A stretch of DNA of 64,000 nt from a bacterium. Lineage in GTDB: Bacteria; Sysuimicrobiota; Sysuimicrobiia; Sysuimicrobiales; Segetimicrobiaceae. Under the pieces are notes generated by a model. It was not told the DNA's origin and did no database searches. It saw only the letters and a program-made list of their open reading frames with translations. The position numbers and the translations under genes are program-made. Positions 39,219 through 48,551 of the stretch are shown piece after piece (positions within the stretch are counted from its first letter, which is position 1; every line of letters starts with the position of its first letter). The stretch lies in the NCBI GenBank assembly GCA_036275835.1, contig DASUDA010000191.1, forward strand, positions 263 to 64,262. The letters are read 5' to 3'.

Positions 39219-40715
39219 ATGGCGAGCCTTGCGGCAGCCGTTGATCAGGGAACGACCAGCACGCGCTTCATGGTCTTCGACCATGCAGGCAAGGTGGTCG
39301 CTGTGGATCAGAAAGAGCATGAGCAGATCTACCCGAAGCCCGGTTGGGTCGAGCACAACCCCATGGAAATCTGGGAGCGAACCCGCGACGTCATCGACGG
39401 GGTCCTGAAGAAGGGCGTGGTGAATCCCCGGGACATCTCTGCCGTGGGGGTGACCAACCAGCGCGAGACGACTGTCGTCTGGGACAAGGCCACCGGCCGT
39501 CCCGTCTACAACGCGATCGTGTGGCAGGACACCCGCACCGATACGATCTGCAATGACCTGGCCAAAGACGGCGGCCGGGACCGCTTCCGCGCCAAGGTCG
39601 GCCTCCCGCTGGCGACCTATTTCTCCGGCCCGAAGATTAAGTGGATTCTGGACAATGTGAGCGGCGCGCGCGCCCGGGCCGAGCGGGGCGAGATCCTGTT
39701 CGGCAACATCGATACATGGGTGATCTGGAACCTCACCGGCGGCCCCCGGGGCGGCGTGCATGTGACCGACGTCTCCAACGCCTCGCGCACCATGCTGATG
39801 AACCTCGACACACTCGATTGGGACCCCGAGATCCTCAGGATCATGGGGGTGCCGCGGGCCATGCTCCCGGCGATCAAGGCGTCGAGCGAGGCGTACGGCA
39901 CCGCCGAGGGCGCGCTCGCGGGAATCCCCGTGGCGGGCGACCTCGGTGACCAGCAGGCGGCGCTCATCGGCCAGACGTGCTTCTCCGCCGGTGAAGCCAA
40001 GAACACCTATGGCACCGGCTGCTTCATGCTGCTCAACACCGGCACCAGGGCGGTTCAATCCAAGGCCGGCCTGCTGACCACGCTGGCGTACAAGATCGGC
40101 AAAGAGAAGGCCGTGTATGCGCTGGAAGGGTCGATCGCCATCACCGGCGCGCTGGTGCAATGGCTGCGCGACAACATAGGCCTGATCCGGAAGTCCGCCG
40201 ACGTGGAAGCGCTGGCCAGAACGGTGGAGGACAACGGCGGTATCTACTTTGTCCCCGCGTTTTCCGGCTTGTTCGCGCCTTACTGGAAGAGCAACGCCCG
40301 CGGCGTGATCGTCGGCCTGACGCGCTACGTCAACAAAGGCCACATCGCACGGGCGGCGCTGGAAGCCACCGCCTACCAGACGCGCGAAGTGCTCGACGCG
40401 ATGAACAAGGACTCCGGCGTGAACCTCACCGCGCTCAAGGTGGACGGCGGCATGGTCTTCAACGACACACTGATGCAGTTTCAAGCCGACATCCTGGGCG
40501 TAACCGTCATCCGCCCGATCGTCGCCGAGACCGCGTCGCTCGGCGCGGCGTACGCCGCCGGTCTGGCGGTGGGCTTCTGGGAGAAGGTCGAAGAGCTGCG
40601 CGCCAACTGGGGCAAAGACAAGGAGTGGCGGCCCAGGGTGGACACGGCCACCCGCGAACGGCTCTACAAGGGCTGGCTCAAGGCCGTCACCCGGACATTC
40701 GACTGGGTCGAGTAG
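39219..40715 (+). CDS. glpK: Glycerol kinase
   Basis: N-terminal [11 protein letters not shown] and full FGGY kinase pattern. I chose the internal ATG at 39219 from within the track ORF. Confidence 0.95.
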   Translation: MASLAAAVDQGTTSTRFMVFDHAGKVVAVDQKEHEQIYPKPGWVEHNPMEIWERTRDVIDGVLKKGVVNPRDISAVGVTNQRETTVVWDKATGRPVYNAIVWQDTRTDTICNDLAKDGGRDRFRAKVGLPLATYFSGPKIKWILDNVSGARARAERGEILFGNIDTWVIWNLTGGPRGGVHVTDVSNASRTMLMNLDTLDWDPEILRIMGVPRAMLPAIKASSEAYGTAEGALAGIPVAGDLGDQQAALIGQTCFSAGEAKNTYGTGCFMLLNTGTRAVQSKAGLLTTLAYKIGKEKAVYALEGSIAITGALVQWLRDNIGLIRKSADVEALARTVEDNGGIYFVPAFSGLFAPYWKSNARGVIVGLTRYVNKGHIARAALEATAYQTREVLDAMNKDSGVNLTALKVDGGMVFNDTLMQFQADILGVTVIRPIVAETASLGAAYAAGLAVGFWEKVEELRANWGKDKEWRPRVDTATRERLYKGWLKAVTRTFDWVE

Positions 40716-40770
40716 CACACTCCCGTGATGCCGCCCGGGGCCGACGCGGCGGAGGGGGCGGACGCGTCGC

Positions 40771-42390
40771 ATGGCCAATCTGAGCACGGACATCCTGGTG
40801 ATCGGCGGCGGCTCGACGGGGCTGGGCGTGCTCCGCGACGCGGCCCTGCGCGGTTTCCGCGTGATCCTTGTGGAGAAGGGCGATCTTGCGCACGGGACCA
40901 CAGGACGCTATCATGGCTTGCTGCACGCGGGCGGGCGGTACGCCGTGAAAGACCCCGTCTCCGCTCGAGAGTGCATTCAAGAAAACCGGATCCTCCGCCG
41001 GATCGCCGCCGACTGCATCGAAGATACCGGGGGGCTGTTCGTCATCACTCCCTGGGACGACCCGGCTTACGGCGACGCATTCCTGCGCGGCTGCGCCGCC
41101 TGCGGTGTGCCGGCAGAAGAGATCTCCCCGGCGGACGCCCTCCGCCGTGAGCCCCGCCTGAATCCCGGGATCTCGCGCGCCTTCGTCGTCCCCGATGCCG
41201 CCATGGACTCCTTCAAAACGCTGTGGGCTAACGCGCGGGATGCGCAGACCCGCGGGGCGCAGGTCCTGACATACCACCGTGTCATGCGGTTGCTCACGCA
41301 GAACGGCGCGGTCGCCGGCGCCGTCGTGCAGAACGTGCGCACCGGTGAAGAGCGCGCCATCGGCGCCGACTTCACCGTGAACGCCTCGGGCGCGTGGGCC
41401 GGGCAGATCGCGGCGATGGCCGGCCTGCGGGTGACGGTTCTGGCGGGCAAGGGCATCATGATCGCCATGAACCACCGCCTTGTGCAGATGGTGGTGAACC
41501 GCTGCAAGCTTCCCTCGGATGGCGACATCATCGTACCCATCCGCACCGTCTGCGTCATCGGCACGACCGACGTCCGCGTTCCCGACCCGGATGAGTACGA
41601 CATCGAGCCGCGCGAAGTCCAGCTCATGCTCGAGGAGGGCGAGAAGCTCGTGCCCGGTTTCCGGCAGGCCCGGGCGCTGCGTGTGTGGGCGGGTGTGCGC
41701 CCCCTCTACCAGGAGCACCGGCCCGACGAGGTGGTCGACACGCGCGAGGTGAGCCGTACCTACACGCTGCTGGACCACCCGCTGCGGGACGGCGTGCAGA
41801 ACTTCATCACCATTACCGGCGGCAAATTCACCACCTACCGCCAGATGGCCGAAGTGACGATGGACGCCGTGTGCCGTGACCTCGGCGTGGAGCGACCGTG
41901 CACGACCGCCCAAGTCCCGCTGCCGGATTCAGAGGCGGGCCGCTACTACTGGCTGGGCGCGCGGCTCGCGTCCCGTGAGAAGACGCTGCATCAGGATCAG
42001 CTCATTTGCGAGTGCGAGTTGATCGCCCGGCACCGTCTGGAAGAGGCGTTCGTCGCTCGCGCGACGACCGACCTCGACGATATCCGGCGCACGCTGCGCC
42101 TGGGAATGGGGCCGTGCCAGGGCGGGTTCTGCATCTACCGCGCCACCGGCATCCTGCACGCCCTTCGCACCGCGCCGCCGTCCTCGGAGGCGCCGGGTCT
42201 GCGGGAGCCGTCATCGCCGGGGACGCCTGCGCTCGCGCCGCACCGTGAGGCCAACTCCGCGCTCGTTCGCTTCCTGCAGGAACGCTGGAAAGGTGTGCGC
42301 CCTCTGCTGTGGGGCGACCAGCTGCGCCAGGCCCGCCTCGACGACTGGATTTTCCAGGGGCTGCTGGATGCCGAGCATCTGCCGCAATGA
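40771..42390 (+). CDS. glpA: Anaerobic glycerol-3-phosphate dehydrogenase subunit A
   Basis: FAD motif DILVIGGGSTG and a GlpA-type C-terminal BFD-like [2Fe-2S] region (CECE...GPCQGGFC). Confidence 0.9.
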   Translation: MANLSTDILVIGGGSTGLGVLRDAALRGFRVILVEKGDLAHGTTGRYHGLLHAGGRYAVKDPVSARECIQENRILRRIAADCIEDTGGLFVITPWDDPAYGDAFLRGCAACGVPAEEISPADALRREPRLNPGISRAFVVPDAAMDSFKTLWANARDAQTRGAQVLTYHRVMRLLTQNGAVAGAVVQNVRTGEERAIGADFTVNASGAWAGQIAAMAGLRVTVLAGKGIMIAMNHRLVQMVVNRCKLPSDGDIIVPIRTVCVIGTTDVRVPDPDEYDIEPREVQLMLEEGEKLVPGFRQARALRVWAGVRPLYQEHRPDEVVDTREVSRTYTLLDHPLRDGVQNFITITGGKFTTYRQMAEVTMDAVCRDLGVERPCTTAQVPLPDSEAGRYYWLGARLASREKTLHQDQLICECELIARHRLEEAFVARATTDLDDIRRTLRLGMGPCQGGFCIYRATGILHALRTAPPSSEAPGLREPSSPGTPALAPHREANSALVRFLQERWKGVRPLLWGDQLRQARLDDWIFQGLLDAEHLPQ

Positions 42391-43658
42391 CCTACGATGT
42401 CATCGTGATCGGCATCGGCCTTGCCGGTCTCACCGCGGGCGTGCACCTTGCTCAGGCGGGGCGGCGTGTGTTGATGCTCGCCAAAGGCGTGGGGGGGACG
42501 CACCTCGGCAGCGGGACGATTGACGTGCTCGGCTATGGGGATGAGCTGATCGAGCGCCCCGCGGCCGCGTTCCCGGACTTTCTCGCCGCCCGCCCGGATC
42601 ACCCCTACGCCCGCACCGGGCTCCCGGCGCTCCGGGCTGCCGCCGCCTGGTTCCTGCGCACGCTGGAGGCCGACGGCTACCCCTTCGCCGGCTCACTGGA
42701 GGACAACCTTCTCCTCCCCACCGCCGTCGGCGCGGTCAAGCCATCGGCCCTCGTCGCGCGGACCATGGCTGCCGGCGATCTGCGCTCCGGGGGACAGGTC
42801 CTCATCGTCGGCTTCCGCAACCTGAAGGATTTCTATCCCGCGCTCCTGTCGGATAACCTCGCCCACGCGAGGCTGCCCGACGGCGCGGGCGTCTCGGCCC
42901 GGTCGATCCTGGTTGATCCTCCCGGTCTCGCGGACGAAGCCGATCTCTCGCCCCTCGACCTTGCCCGCGCCTTCGACCGCCCGGACTTTCGCGCCGCCCT
43001 CGCCGCCGATGTGCGCCCTCAGCTCCGGCCCGGCGAGCGGGTCGGCTTGCCGGCGGTCATCGGTCTCCGGGATCCGCTCGCGGCCTGGCAGGATCTCGAG
43101 GGGCGTTTGGGCGCGCCCGTGTTCGAGATCCCGATGCTGCCGCCGTCCATCCCGGGCATGCGCATCTTTGAGCGGCTCGACCGGGCGCTCCGGGCGGCGG
43201 GCGCGCGCGTGCATATTGGATTCCCCGTGATCGAGGCTCATGTGGCCCGCGGCCGCTGCACGGGCGTGACGACGGGGGGAGCAGCCCGGTCGTATACCTG
43301 GCGGGCGCAGCATGTCGTCCTCGCCGCCGGAGGCATCGCCAGCGGCGGCATCGTCGCCGAATCGGACGGCACCGTCCGCGAGGCTGTGTTCGGTCTGCCG
43401 GTCGTCGGGCGGCCCGCGCCCGAATCGCCCCGCTTTCTTCCCGGGTATTTCGACCGGCACCCGTTCAACCGCGTCGGTCTCGCCGTGGACGACAGCCTGC
43501 GGCCGCTGGACAGCGGAGGCCGTCCGGTCATCATCAATGTACGCGCCGCGGGGGCGATGCTCGCCCACGCCGAGCCGTGGCGCGAAAAATCCGGCGACGG
43601 GATCAGCCTGGCCACCGGCTACCGCGCAGCGAACAGCATTCTGGAAGAACCGCGATGA
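42387..43658 (+). CDS. glpB: Anaerobic glycerol-3-phosphate dehydrogenase subunit B
   Basis: FAD motif DVIVIGIGLAG. Its ATGA start overlaps the glpA stop. Confidence 0.85.
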   Translation: MTYDVIVIGIGLAGLTAGVHLAQAGRRVLMLAKGVGGTHLGSGTIDVLGYGDELIERPAAAFPDFLAARPDHPYARTGLPALRAAAAWFLRTLEADGYPFAGSLEDNLLLPTAVGAVKPSALVARTMAAGDLRSGGQVLIVGFRNLKDFYPALLSDNLAHARLPDGAGVSARSILVDPPGLADEADLSPLDLARAFDRPDFRAALAADVRPQLRPGERVGLPAVIGLRDPLAAWQDLEGRLGAPVFEIPMLPPSIPGMRIFERLDRALRAAGARVHIGFPVIEAHVARGRCTGVTTGGAARSYTWRAQHVVLAAGGIASGGIVAESDGTVREAVFGLPVVGRPAPESPRFLPGYFDRHPFNRVGLAVDDSLRPLDSGGRPVIINVRAAGAMLAHAEPWREKSGDGISLATGYRAANSILEEPR

Positions 43659-44869
43659 TGGTCGCAGACGACGTCCGGCTCACACTCGACCATTGCGTGA
43701 AGTGCAACGTCTGCAACACCTTTTGCCCCGTCTCGAACGTGACGCCGCTCTTCCCCGGGCCGAAATACGTCGGCCCGCAGGCCGAGCGCTTCCGGCTGGG
43801 GGAGGTCTCGCCCGATGCGTCGCTCGACTACTGCTCCGGGTGCGGCATCTGCACGCTGGTCTGCCCGCAGGGTGTCCGGATCGCGGAGATCAACACGAAG
43901 GCGCGTGCCGCCATGGTGGGTGGAAAGATCTCGCTGCGCAACCGCGTGCTGGCCCGCCCCGCGACCCTGGGCCGCCTCGCGCAGCCGATCGCCCCGCTGG
44001 CGAACCTGGCCCTTCGGCTCCGCCCGCTGCGCTGGCTTCTGGACGTCGTCCTCGGCGTCCACCGCGCCGCACCTCTACCCGCGTTTTCCTCCGCGAGTTT
44101 CCAAGGCTGGGCGAGGCGGCACACACCGCCGGTACAGGCGAAGCGCACGGTCGTCTACTTCCACGGGTGCAGCACCAACTATTATGAGCCGCGCCTCGGG
44201 AGGGCCGCCGTGGCCGTGCTCGAGCGCAACGGCTGCCGTGTCATTATCCCGCCTCAAGGTTGCTGCGGCCTGCCGCTGCAGTCCAACGGTGATTTCACCG
44301 GCGCCCGCCGCTACGCGCGCGACCTAGTGGCGCAGCTGCTGCCGTATGCGGCGCAGGGCCTCAACATCGTCACCACCTCCACGAGCTGCTCGCTCATGCT
44401 CAAGCGCGAATACCGCGAGATCCTCGGCCTCGACTCTCCCGACGTTCGTCGGGTGTCGGAGCGCACGTATGATATCTGCGAATACCTGCACGACCTGCAT
44501 GACCAGGGCGAGCTTGATGCCGGCTTTGCCCCGCTCGGTATAACGGTGGCCTATCACGCGCCGTGCCAGCAGAGGGGCCACGGCATCGGCAAGCCCGCGC
44601 TCGATCTTCTCGCGCTTGTCCCAGGTCTGCGCGTGATCGAGATGGACGCGGACTGCTGCGGCACGGCGGGGACGTACGGCTACAAGCGCGAGAAGTACGC
44701 CATCGCGATGGCGGTGGGCGAGAGACTGTTCCGCGACATTCACGCCGCCGGCGCCGACCTGTCCGTCTGCGACAGCGAGACCTGCCGCTGGCAGATCGTG
44801 CACGGCTCAGGCCGCCCGTCCGTCCATCCCGTGTCGGTGCTGGCTCAAGCGTACGGATGGTCTCCGTGA
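43655..44869 (+). CDS. glpC: Anaerobic glycerol-3-phosphate dehydrogenase subunit C (Fe-S/CCG domain protein)
   Basis: Two 4Fe-4S ferredoxin motifs (CVKCNVCNTFCP, CSGCGICTLVCP) and Cys-rich CCG repeats. Its start overlaps the glpB stop. Confidence 0.85.
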   Translation: MMVADDVRLTLDHCVKCNVCNTFCPVSNVTPLFPGPKYVGPQAERFRLGEVSPDASLDYCSGCGICTLVCPQGVRIAEINTKARAAMVGGKISLRNRVLARPATLGRLAQPIAPLANLALRLRPLRWLLDVVLGVHRAAPLPAFSSASFQGWARRHTPPVQAKRTVVYFHGCSTNYYEPRLGRAAVAVLERNGCRVIIPPQGCCGLPLQSNGDFTGARRYARDLVAQLLPYAAQGLNIVTTSTSCSLMLKREYREILGLDSPDVRRVSERTYDICEYLHDLHDQGELDAGFAPLGITVAYHAPCQQRGHGIGKPALDLLALVPGLRVIEMDADCCGTAGTYGYKREKYAIAMAVGERLFRDIHAAGADLSVCDSETCRWQIVHGSGRPSVHPVSVLAQAYGWSP

Positions 44870-44875
44870 GTCCCC

Positions 44876-45010
44876 GTGGTCGGCCTTGTTCTCGTCTCGC
44901 ATAGCGCGAAATTGGCCGAAGGCGTCGCCGAGCTGGCGCGCGGCATGGCGGGGCCGGATGTGCGCATTGCGGCGACAGACGGGCTTGCGCTGCCGGACCA
45001 TCCTCTCGGG
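44876..45010 (+). pseudogene. Remnant of a dhaM-like (dihydroxyacetone kinase phosphotransfer subunit, EIIA-Man-like) gene
   Basis: The first ~45 aa (MVGLVLVSHSAKLAEGVAELARGMAGPDVRIAATDG...GTD) resemble the DhaM N-terminus. The frame then degenerates into Arg/Pro-rich sequence that is antisense to the opposite-strand gene. Confidence 0.35.
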
Positions 45011-45068
45011 ACCGATGTCCAGCTGGTTCTGCCCTCGCCGTGCCGTTGCTCGTGGGTCCGGGTAGGTT

Positions 45069-46886
45069 TTAGCGGCGCGGGCGGCGCGCGCGCGTTCGAG
45101 AGCTCGGCGAACGCCGCGCTGACGGGCGCCGCCGTGAGCGCACGGGGCGGCGCGTGGTCGCCCGGGGACGGGTCTTGGATCCCGCGCGCCCACCCCGGGT
45201 TCGAGAGGCCGGCGATGCGGCTTTCTTCTGAGGCATCGGCCGGGGAAGGCGCCGGGCCGCCGCCCCGGAGGAGGACGGTGCGGGGACGACGCCGCCCACC
45301 GGCACAAGTTCGAACCGCGCCGTTGGCGCCGGCACCGCGGCCCCTCTCACAGCTCCCGGGGCGATCCGGAAGACGGGGCAGAGGAGCACCTCGATCCGGC
45401 CGCCCCCCGGCGCAAACATCGCGGGCAGGTGGAGCGTGCGCAGCCCCACGATCGTGATCGGGCCGGTGGGCGGGGTACTGAGCCACCGCCGCGAGGTCTC
45501 ATACGCCGGCGTCCCGGGGACGGTGACCGCGGTGATGCGCGTCCGGCCGGCTGCGTCGCCAAACGCGAACTGGAACGGCTTCCCCTCGACGAACTGGCTG
45601 CGGCCGCCGAGGAACCGGCCGGTCATGTAGACGTAGGCCGTTTCTGTGGGAGGCACGTGCCGAAACGTCATCATGGCGCCGGTGAACGCCAGCCGGGTTG
45701 GCGTCTGGAAATCCGGGAAGGGGATCGGGTGGACGCTCCCCACCTGCGTCCACTCGGGACCCCCGGGGGCATCCAGGGAGATCGGCGGGAACATTAAGCC
45801 GCGCTCCGTCGACACCGTTCGCACGGGATGGATCTCCAGGAGGTGCGGCACCGCGGGATGTGCCACGGAGACATGGTCGGGAAGCAGGCGGAGGAAGCCC
45901 GTCACCGTGACGCGCTGCTGCGTGGCGATCACCTCATCGAGCAGCTGCCCATAAGTGCTGCGGGCCGTGCCGCCGGCCTCGAGCGCGCCCGGCCGGACGA
46001 CGTTCTGGATGACGCACGCGATCTGGCCGTCGCGGTCGCCCGCCGGGGTAGCCATCAGGCCGAACGCGATGCCGAGGCCGTAGGCGCCTTCTGCCGTTCT
46101 TCCCGTGACATATCCTTCGACGGTCACTTCGGCCCCCGGACCGAACCGGAGGTAGGCCAGGGGCTCGGCCCCGGAGATCACCAGGTCGGCCCCTCCCGCC
46201 CCCCCAGGGAGGATCCGGATCCCGCCGAGGATGCGGAGTAGATCCGCGGGAGTTCGGACCTCGATCCGTCCCGGGCGCTGCGCGGGGGTGTGCCGGCGGA
46301 GCTCGTCCGAGACGAGGATGGCGTGGGCGATATCCCGCATGGGCGTCCTGGTGTTCCGGCTCTGGCGCTGGATACGCTGGAACGCCTCGTGCTCGTCGAT
46401 GCCCTCGCGCTTCATCAGGATCCCCTTCGCCCGCTCCACCATCTTGCGGGTCTCCAGGGTCTCTTTGAACGATCCGACCTCCTGCTGCAGGGCGCGGAGC
46501 TCCGCGAAGCGCGCCATTGCGATCTCGATCGCCGGGACAAGCTCGGCCTCCCGCACGGGCTTGACCAGATAGGCGAGCACCCCGGCTTCCTGCGCGCGAT
46601 GGACGAGGTCGCGCTCGCTCCAGGCGGTCAGCAGGATGATCGGCCGCGGCGATCTCGTCATGATCGTGGACGCGGCGGAGATCCCGTCGAGGCCCGGCAT
46701 CTTGATGTCCATGAAGATGAGGTCGGGAGAGGTCTTGCCCGCCAGGGTGACCGCGTCCTCGCCGTCTCCGGCCTCGCCGACGACTTTGTAGCCATGCTCC
46801 TCCAGCATCGTCCGCAGACCCAACCGGATCACGGGCTCGTCGTCGGCGATCAGGATGCGCAGCGCTTCGGCCATCGCGTCGCGCAC
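45069..46886 (-). CDS. ANTAR response regulator (REC + ANTAR) with an uninterrupted ~400-aa C-terminal extension of unknown function
   Basis: REC domain (ILIADDEP...D..MPGLDG...KP), then an ANTAR helix block (ETRKMVERAKGILMKREGIDEHEAFQRIQRQSRNTRTPMRDIAHAI). The frame then continues with no stop through about 300 aa of protein-like sequence with good GC3 bias, and ends in a Pro/Arg/Ser-rich tail. Its start overlaps the kinase stop (TGATG). Confidence 0.6.
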   Translation of the reverse strand: MRDAMAEALRILIADDEPVIRLGLRTMLEEHGYKVVGEAGDGEDAVTLAGKTSPDLIFMDIKMPGLDGISAASTIMTRSPRPIILLTAWSERDLVHRAQEAGVLAYLVKPVREAELVPAIEIAMARFAELRALQQEVGSFKETLETRKMVERAKGILMKREGIDEHEAFQRIQRQSRNTRTPMRDIAHAILVSDELRRHTPAQRPGRIEVRTPADLLRILGGIRILPGGAGGADLVISGAEPLAYLRFGPGAEVTVEGYVTGRTAEGAYGLGIAFGLMATPAGDRDGQIACVIQNVVRPGALEAGGTARSTYGQLLDEVIATQQRVTVTGFLRLLPDHVSVAHPAVPHLLEIHPVRTVSTERGLMFPPISLDAPGGPEWTQVGSVHPIPFPDFQTPTRLAFTGAMMTFRHVPPTETAYVYMTGRFLGGRSQFVEGKPFQFAFGDAAGRTRITAVTVPGTPAYETSRRWLSTPPTGPITIVGLRTLHLPAMFAPGGGRIEVLLCPVFRIAPGAVRGAAVPAPTARFELVPVGGVVPAPSSSGAAARRLPRPMPQKKAASPASRTRGGRAGSKTRPRATTRRPVRSRRRPSARRSPSSRTRARRPRR

Positions 46887-48535
46887 TATGTCCCGGCCGG
46901 CCGCGGCATCGTGATGACGGCCCGCACGCCGCCGGCGTTGGTCAGCGAGATCCGGCCTTTGAGGTCATCCTGCACAAGCGTGCGCACGATCTGCAATCCG
47001 AGATCGGCCGACCGGTCGGGGGAGAAGTCCTCGGGCAGCCCGACACCGTCGTCCCGGACCTCCAGCCGGAGCGCGTCGCGGCCGAGCGTGAGGGTGATCG
47101 TCACCTGGCCGCCCGATCTCCCGGGGAACGCGTGCTCCATCGCGTTCTGCAGGAGTTCGTTCACGACGAGTGCCAGCGACGTGGCTTGTTGGGTCGGCAG
47201 GGTCGGGTCATCGCCGTCGATCCGGACGTCTAGGGCGAATCCCGGAGGCGCCATGGTCTGAGTCACCGTGTGGACGACGCGCTCGAGCATCGCGCGGACG
47301 GCCACCTGATGGAGCCCCTCCGCGGCCAGGATCTCGTGCACCGCGGCGATGCTGAGGATCCGGTTGATCGTGGACGTGAGGACTTCCCGGCCGGAGACCT
47401 CCCGCCCGTCCCGCATCTGCAGCCGCAGAAGCATCGCGATCGTTTGCAGGTTGTTCTTCACGCGGTGATGCATCTCGCGCACCATCGCCGACTTGACGAC
47501 CAGCCCTGCGTTCTCGATCGCCAGCGCCGTTTGATTCGCGAGCGTCTGCAGCATGTTGATCTCGGACTGCGTAAACTCGTGGCGCCGGCCCGTGTAGCAG
47601 TTGACCACGCCGAGTGTCCGGTCCCGCACTCGCAGGGGGACGGAGAGCAGCGACTCGACATCGACCCGCTCGGACAGCTCGCGCGGGTGAAATCGGGGGT
47701 CGGCCCCGAGATCGGTGCTCATCACGGGCTGCCCTGTGGCGGCGGCTTCGCCGGGGATCCCCTCCCCCACCCGCAGCGTCAGCCGCGGCCGGGGATGCCC
47801 GGTGTCCGGGTGGGCGGCGGCGAGGACCAGTTCTCCACCGTCCATCAGCATCAGCGTGCACAGCGGCGCATCGAAGGCGCGGGCGGCCATCTCGACCAGC
47901 AGCCGGAGGATCTGCTCGAGATACAGGGGCGAGGTGAGGGTCTCACTGACCTCCGCGAGCGTGCTGAGCTCCATGATCCGGCGCCGCATGGTGTCGTAGA
48001 GTCGCGCCTTCTCCAGCGCGCCGCTGGCGAGGTCCGCGATGATGCTGAGAAGTTCCACTTCATCCTCGCTGTACTCGTGCGTGCCGGTCGTCTGCACGTT
48101 GATCGCCCCGAACACTTTGCCGCCGACCGCGAGGGGCACGGCGAGGAGGGACTGAAAGAGGCTCTCGTGGGTCTCCGGCAGATATTTGAATCGCGGGTCG
48201 GCGGTCGCGTTCGTGGCGGCGACCGGTTCGCCCCTCTGGGCCGCCCACCCGGTCAGGCCTTCACCCAGCCGGAGCCGGGCCTGCCCCACCGATTCGGGGG
48301 CCAGCCCGGTGGTGGCCTTGAGCACCAGGTATTCTCCCGACGCGTCGAGCAGATAGATGGAGCAACTGTCGACCCGCATGACATCCGCGGTGTTGCGGGT
48401 GATGAGGGTGAGGGTCGTGTCGAGGTCCAGAGCCGCGCTGATCGCGCGGCTGATCTCGCGGAGGGCGGAGATTTCCGCCGCCTTCCGGGCGACCTGCTCC
48501 GCGAGGTCCGGCGTCCGCCTCCGTACCGGGGTCAT
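46886..48535 (-). CDS. Sensor histidine kinase with tandem GAF domains (HisKA_2 type) plus HATPase_c
   Basis: Two GAF-like regions, then the H-box EMHHRVKNNLQTIAMLL, then ATPase motifs (NELLQNAMEHAF, DDGVGLP, GLGLQIV). Confidence 0.85.
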   Translation of the reverse strand: MTPVRRRTPDLAEQVARKAAEISALREISRAISAALDLDTTLTLITRNTADVMRVDSCSIYLLDASGEYLVLKATTGLAPESVGQARLRLGEGLTGWAAQRGEPVAATNATADPRFKYLPETHESLFQSLLAVPLAVGGKVFGAINVQTTGTHEYSEDEVELLSIIADLASGALEKARLYDTMRRRIMELSTLAEVSETLTSPLYLEQILRLLVEMAARAFDAPLCTLMLMDGGELVLAAAHPDTGHPRPRLTLRVGEGIPGEAAATGQPVMSTDLGADPRFHPRELSERVDVESLLSVPLRVRDRTLGVVNCYTGRRHEFTQSEINMLQTLANQTALAIENAGLVVKSAMVREMHHRVKNNLQTIAMLLRLQMRDGREVSGREVLTSTINRILSIAAVHEILAAEGLHQVAVRAMLERVVHTVTQTMAPPGFALDVRIDGDDPTLPTQQATSLALVVNELLQNAMEHAFPGRSGGQVTITLTLGRDALRLEVRDDGVGLPEDFSPDRSADLGLQIVRTLVQDDLKGRISLTNAGGVRAVITMPRPAGT

Positions 48536-48551
48536 TCCCCTGCCCGACGCC

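Noticed and set aside
36547-39408. A 953-aa plus-strand ORF spanning nadE, the glnA terminator and glnA.
   Set aside because: It is antisense to two unmistakable genes and crosses an intrinsic terminator, with composition-biased translation. The same reasoning applies to 51136..53454 (+), 58323..60146 (-), 61260..62669 (-), 21748..23052 (-), 39156..40901 (-), 15269..16510 (-) and 11153..12514 (-).
45290-45330. tRNA-like GTTCGAACC motif.
   Set aside because: It lies inside a coding frame, with no acceptor-stem or anticodon-arm structure around it. No tRNA, rRNA or CRISPR repeat array was found anywhere in the window.
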